Shown: one piece after another, positions 60,841-64,000 of the stretch
How positions within the stretch are numbered: position 1 is the first letter of the stretch
How the letters are laid out: the number at the start of each line of letters is the position of its first letter
Assembly (NCBI GenBank): GCA_029263295.1
Contig: JAJCXT010000108.1
Span: 2,724 to 66,723, forward strand
DNA from: Acidobacteriota bacterium
GTDB lineage: Bacteria; Acidobacteriota; UBA890; WLXD01
Length of the DNA stretch: 64,000 nucleotides
Direction: 5' to 3'
Notes under the pieces: model-generated
What the model saw: the letters and a program-made list of their open reading frames with translations, nothing else
The model's database searches: none
What the model was told of the DNA's origin: nothing
Made by a program: the position numbers and the translations under genes

Positions 60841-61181
60841 TGGCCATGAACAAGAATTCAGAGAGCCTGGGTGAAATCGAAGAACTGGTGCTTCTGGCCA
60901 TCCTGCGATTGGGGGACGACGCCTATGGCGTTCCGATCATCAGCGAGATCGCCGGGAGGGCCGGCCGCGAGGTGGCACCGGCCGCCGTCTATGTCGCGCT
61001 GCGCCGACTGCGGCACAAGGAACTCGTAACGTCGTGGACCTCCGAGCCGGAACCGGTGCCAGGTGGGCGAGCGCGACGTTACTTCAGCGTCACCGAGGCC
61101 GGCGTCGAGTTGCTGGCACACTCGCGCCAAAAGATGCTTCGCATGTGGGATGGCCTGCAGCCGATGCTCGAGAAACGATGA
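60840..61181 (+). CDS. PadR-family regulator #5
   Basis: LGEIEELVLLAILRLGDDAYGV, AAVYVALRRL, GGRARRYFSV; start 60840 or 60846. Confidence 0.92.
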   Translation: MAMNKNSESLGEIEELVLLAILRLGDDAYGVPIISEIAGRAGREVAPAAVYVALRRLRHKELVTSWTSEPEPVPGGRARRYFSVTEAGVELLAHSRQKMLRMWDGLQPMLEKR

Positions 61182-63859
61182 GTGCCGGCCGCTGGCTCCT
61201 GCGCCACACCCTGCCCTCCGATGAACTCGTTATCGTCGGCGAGATCGAGGAGATGTGCGCGGATCGCTACCGCGACGCCCGTCCCTGGCGCGCCCACCTC
61301 GGGTACTGGCAACAGGTTCTGGCGCTCGCCTTGCATTTCACACTCGAAAAACGCCGCGAACGGCGACGCTCCTCTGGTCGCCGCGTTTCCGGCGGCCCGC
61401 TACTACCCGGCCCCGGATTCCCCACCGAGAGAAACTTCACCATGAGCACCTTGCTCGATGATGCTCGTCAAGCCCTCCGCCATCTCCTGCGCCGCCCCGG
61501 CTTCTCAGCGACGGTGGTCCTGATCCTCACTATCGGTATCGGGCCCGCGGTCGCCATCTTCACGGTCGTGAACGGCCTCCTGCTCCGACCTTTGCCCTAC
61601 GAGGACCCCGATCGTCTCGGGCTCGTACGGATCGACCTCAGCGGGCTGGTGGCGCACCCCGGAATCTCCCATGGCGAGATCGTCGACCTGCGCGAGGGTA
61701 TGCGCAGTGCCGCCGGGGTGGAGGCGGTCAACCGCGAGTTCACCACCATCCTCGGCGAAGGATCCGAGATGGTGCCGCGCAAGGGCACGACGGCGACGCT
61801 CGGCTTCTTCGATCTGCTCGGCGTCCAGCCGGTACTCGGCAGGAGCTTCATCGAAGCGGACCGCGAGGAGCGCGTCGCGCTGATCAGTCACCGCCTGTGG
61901 ACTGACCACTTCGGCGCCGATGCCGCGATCGTTGGCGATACCACCATCATCAACGCGACGGCGTACACGATCGTCGGGGTGCTGCCGCCGGACTTTGAAC
62001 TCATGCTCGGACCAGGGGGAGGAGTCTCGACCGAGGTCGACTTGTGGTTCCCGCTACTCCTGGACCCGGAATTCCGCAACTTCTGGGGCTTCCGGACGCT
62101 AGTACGACTCGCTCCGGAGACTTCGTTCGCCGAGGCCCGCGCCGAGATCGAACGACTCGGCGGGGAGATGGTGCGCAACTTCCCCGCGATCTATGAGGAC
62201 GCGGGCATCCGCTTCGACCTGCATCCGCTGCACGATGACCTGGTGGCGCCCGTTCGCCCAGCCCTGCTGGTCCTCTTCGGTGCCGTCGCGATGGTCCTGC
62301 TGATCGCCTGCAACAACGCCGCGGGCTTGCTACTCGCCGGAACGCTGGCCCGGGCCAAGGAATTGGCCGTGCGGCAGGCACTGGGCGCACACCGTTATCG
62401 GGTGCTGAGCCAGGTGATGATCGAGAGCCTGTTGCTGGCCAGCGCCGCGGGTGCGCTCGGCGTGCTGGTCGCGCGCGTCGGTCTGCAGAGTCTTCTGGCC
62501 TTCCAGCCGGGAAACCTGCCACGAGTCGGCGCCATGGTCGTCGATGCGACGGTGCTGGGATTCGCCATCGCCGTGACCTTCCTGGCCTGTCTAGCCTTCG
62601 GAATCATCCCGGCCTGGCAGGGGTCCCGGGCCGAGGCCGCTGACGTGTTGCGCCAGGGCGGCCGCACCGGTGGCACTGTGCGCGGACGCGCGCGCAACGG
62701 CCTGGTCGTTGCCCAGGTTGCCTTCTCGGTAATGCTCCTGATCGGTGCGGGACTGCTAATCCGCACGATGCAGCAGTTGCAGGCGGTCGACCTCGGCTTC
62801 GATCCGACCAACGTCCTTGCGCTGCGCGTGCCTCTGGACGGCGCCGCGGTAGAGCGCGAGGAACGCTGGGCGAAGTTCCGGACCGTGGCGGACGAGGTGC
62901 GCGCGCTTCCCGGAGTGACCGCGGTGGGTGGCATGCAGGAGACGCCGCTCAGTGGGCGCGGATTCCGCTCGAGCTACTCGCCCGATGTCGATTCGACCGA
63001 CGAGTGGAACGGCACCACCGCAGATTACCGCTGGGTCCTCCCCGACACGCTCGAAGCACTGGGCGGGCGTCTGCTTGCCGGGCGCGATATCAGCCGCGCG
63101 GACGTCGATCAGAATCGTCCGGTCGCGGTCATCGACCAGGCGCTCGCCGCGGACACGTGGCCCGGTGAGAGTCCAATCGGCAAACGTCTCAAGGTGATGA
63201 TCGAATCGCCGAACCTCGATCCCGTCGTGGAGATCATCGGGGTCATGGAGCACCCGAAGATCATCGACGGCCGGACTGTTCCGATGCCGATCGTCCTGCT
63301 TCCCTACAGTTCCACGCGACGCAGCGAGATGACCCTGCTTGTGCGGGCCGAACGCGATCCCGCAGCGCTCGCCGACGCGATTCGCGTCGCCGTCTACGCC
63401 GCAGGAACCGGACGTCCGGTCCACACCATCCAGCCCCTAGATGCACTCGTGGTTGATGCGCGCGCGGACGCGCGGTTCATTCTCCTCCTGATGAGCACCC
63501 TCGCCGGCGTTGCCGTAGTCCTGTCGGCGGCCGGCATCTATAGCGTGCTCGCCTACTTGGTTCGCCAGCGTAGCCACGAGACTGGTGTGCGTATGGCCCT
63601 TGGCGCGGCGGCACGCGACATCCTCAGGCTGAACCTGGGTACGGGGTTGCTGTTGGCGGCCGGCGGCGTTGCGTTCGGTCTACTGGGCGCACTGTTGCTC
63701 TCGGGGTTCCTCGAGAGCGTGTTGTTCGGTGTCGCGCCGCGCGACCCGATCACGTTCTTCGGAGTGGCGCTGGTGGTGTCTCTGGTCGCGACCTTGGCAT
63801 CGCTGGTCCCGGCGCTGCGCGCGGCCAGAAGCGACCCTGCCCACGCGCTGCGCTCGTAG
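61178..63859 (+). CDS. ADOP-type ABC permease #5
   Basis: ATGA overlap; DDARQALRHL, LTIGIGPAVAIFT, VRMALGA, DPAHALRS. Confidence 0.92.
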   Translation: MSAGRWLLRHTLPSDELVIVGEIEEMCADRYRDARPWRAHLGYWQQVLALALHFTLEKRRERRRSSGRRVSGGPLLPGPGFPTERNFTMSTLLDDARQALRHLLRRPGFSATVVLILTIGIGPAVAIFTVVNGLLLRPLPYEDPDRLGLVRIDLSGLVAHPGISHGEIVDLREGMRSAAGVEAVNREFTTILGEGSEMVPRKGTTATLGFFDLLGVQPVLGRSFIEADREERVALISHRLWTDHFGADAAIVGDTTIINATAYTIVGVLPPDFELMLGPGGGVSTEVDLWFPLLLDPEFRNFWGFRTLVRLAPETSFAEARAEIERLGGEMVRNFPAIYEDAGIRFDLHPLHDDLVAPVRPALLVLFGAVAMVLLIACNNAAGLLLAGTLARAKELAVRQALGAHRYRVLSQVMIESLLLASAAGALGVLVARVGLQSLLAFQPGNLPRVGAMVVDATVLGFAIAVTFLACLAFGIIPAWQGSRAEAADVLRQGGRTGGTVRGRARNGLVVAQVAFSVMLLIGAGLLIRTMQQLQAVDLGFDPTNVLALRVPLDGAAVEREERWAKFRTVADEVRALPGVTAVGGMQETPLSGRGFRSSYSPDVDSTDEWNGTTADYRWVLPDTLEALGGRLLAGRDISRADVDQNRPVAVIDQALAADTWPGESPIGKRLKVMIESPNLDPVVEIIGVMEHPKIIDGRTVPMPIVLLPYSSTRRSEMTLLVRAERDPAALADAIRVAVYAAGTGRPVHTIQPLDALVVDARADARFILLLMSTLAGVAVVLSAAGIYSVLAYLVRQRSHETGVRMALGAAARDILRLNLGTGLLLAAGGVAFGLLGALLLSGFLESVLFGVAPRDPITFFGVALVVSLVATLASLVPALRAARSDPAHALRS

Positions 63860-63881
63860 CCTCGGGGCCACGCCAGGCGCA

Positions 63882-64000
63882 TCAGTCCATGCGCAGGGCG
63901 CTGACTGGATCCATGCGGGCTGCGCGCAGCGCGGGCAGGAAACTCGCCAGTGCGGTGGAGGCCAGGAGCACCAGCGCCACGACGAGAGCCGTCATCGGAT
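63882..64000 (-). CDS. 3' end of ADOP/MacB-like permease #6 (rest outside window)
   Basis: Hand translation DPMTALVVALVLLASTALASFLPALRAARMDPVSALRMD*, same C-terminal motif as the other five; not in the ORF track. Confidence 0.85.
   Translation of the reverse strand, partial: PMTALVVALVLLASTALASFLPALRAARMDPVSALRMD

Overview
High-GC bacterial chromosomal window. Six duplicated MacB-like 'ADOP' permeases, five with a padR gene directly upstream, point to Acidobacteriota or a similar lineage (inference). Other content: rimK with a partial Zn-protease gene, two sulfatases, two PIN-toxin TA pairs, an M1 peptidase, a cytochrome c'-like gene, a PPIase followed by three HupE/UreJ genes, a DUF2270 pseudogene, an OmpR-type two-component system with a spondin-domain gene, NSS and SSS transporters, a yqjDEK-like trio, two amidohydrolases, a deacetylase fusion, a long guaA, a flavin amine oxidase, a VPS10/BNR protein, a cyclase, a SAM-I riboswitch-led operon (metX-metB fusion, ACT-less aspartokinase, asd), a lower-GC PD40 insert, an ECF sigma/anti-sigma locus, a FecA-like TonB receptor with a Fur-box-like site, and a COG3910-like ATPase. 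Three main observations. (1) Every padR has its own palindrome with a 3-nt spacer just upstream, and operator core, PadR subtype and permease N-terminal prefix fall into the same three classes. (2) A TCACG array with exact 11-bp period occurs upstream of both the spondin gene and the response regulator. (3) The Met operon starts with a MetX-MetB fusion. All family calls come from motif recognition by eye; no database searches were run. No rRNA, tRNA, CRISPR array or IS element was recognised.
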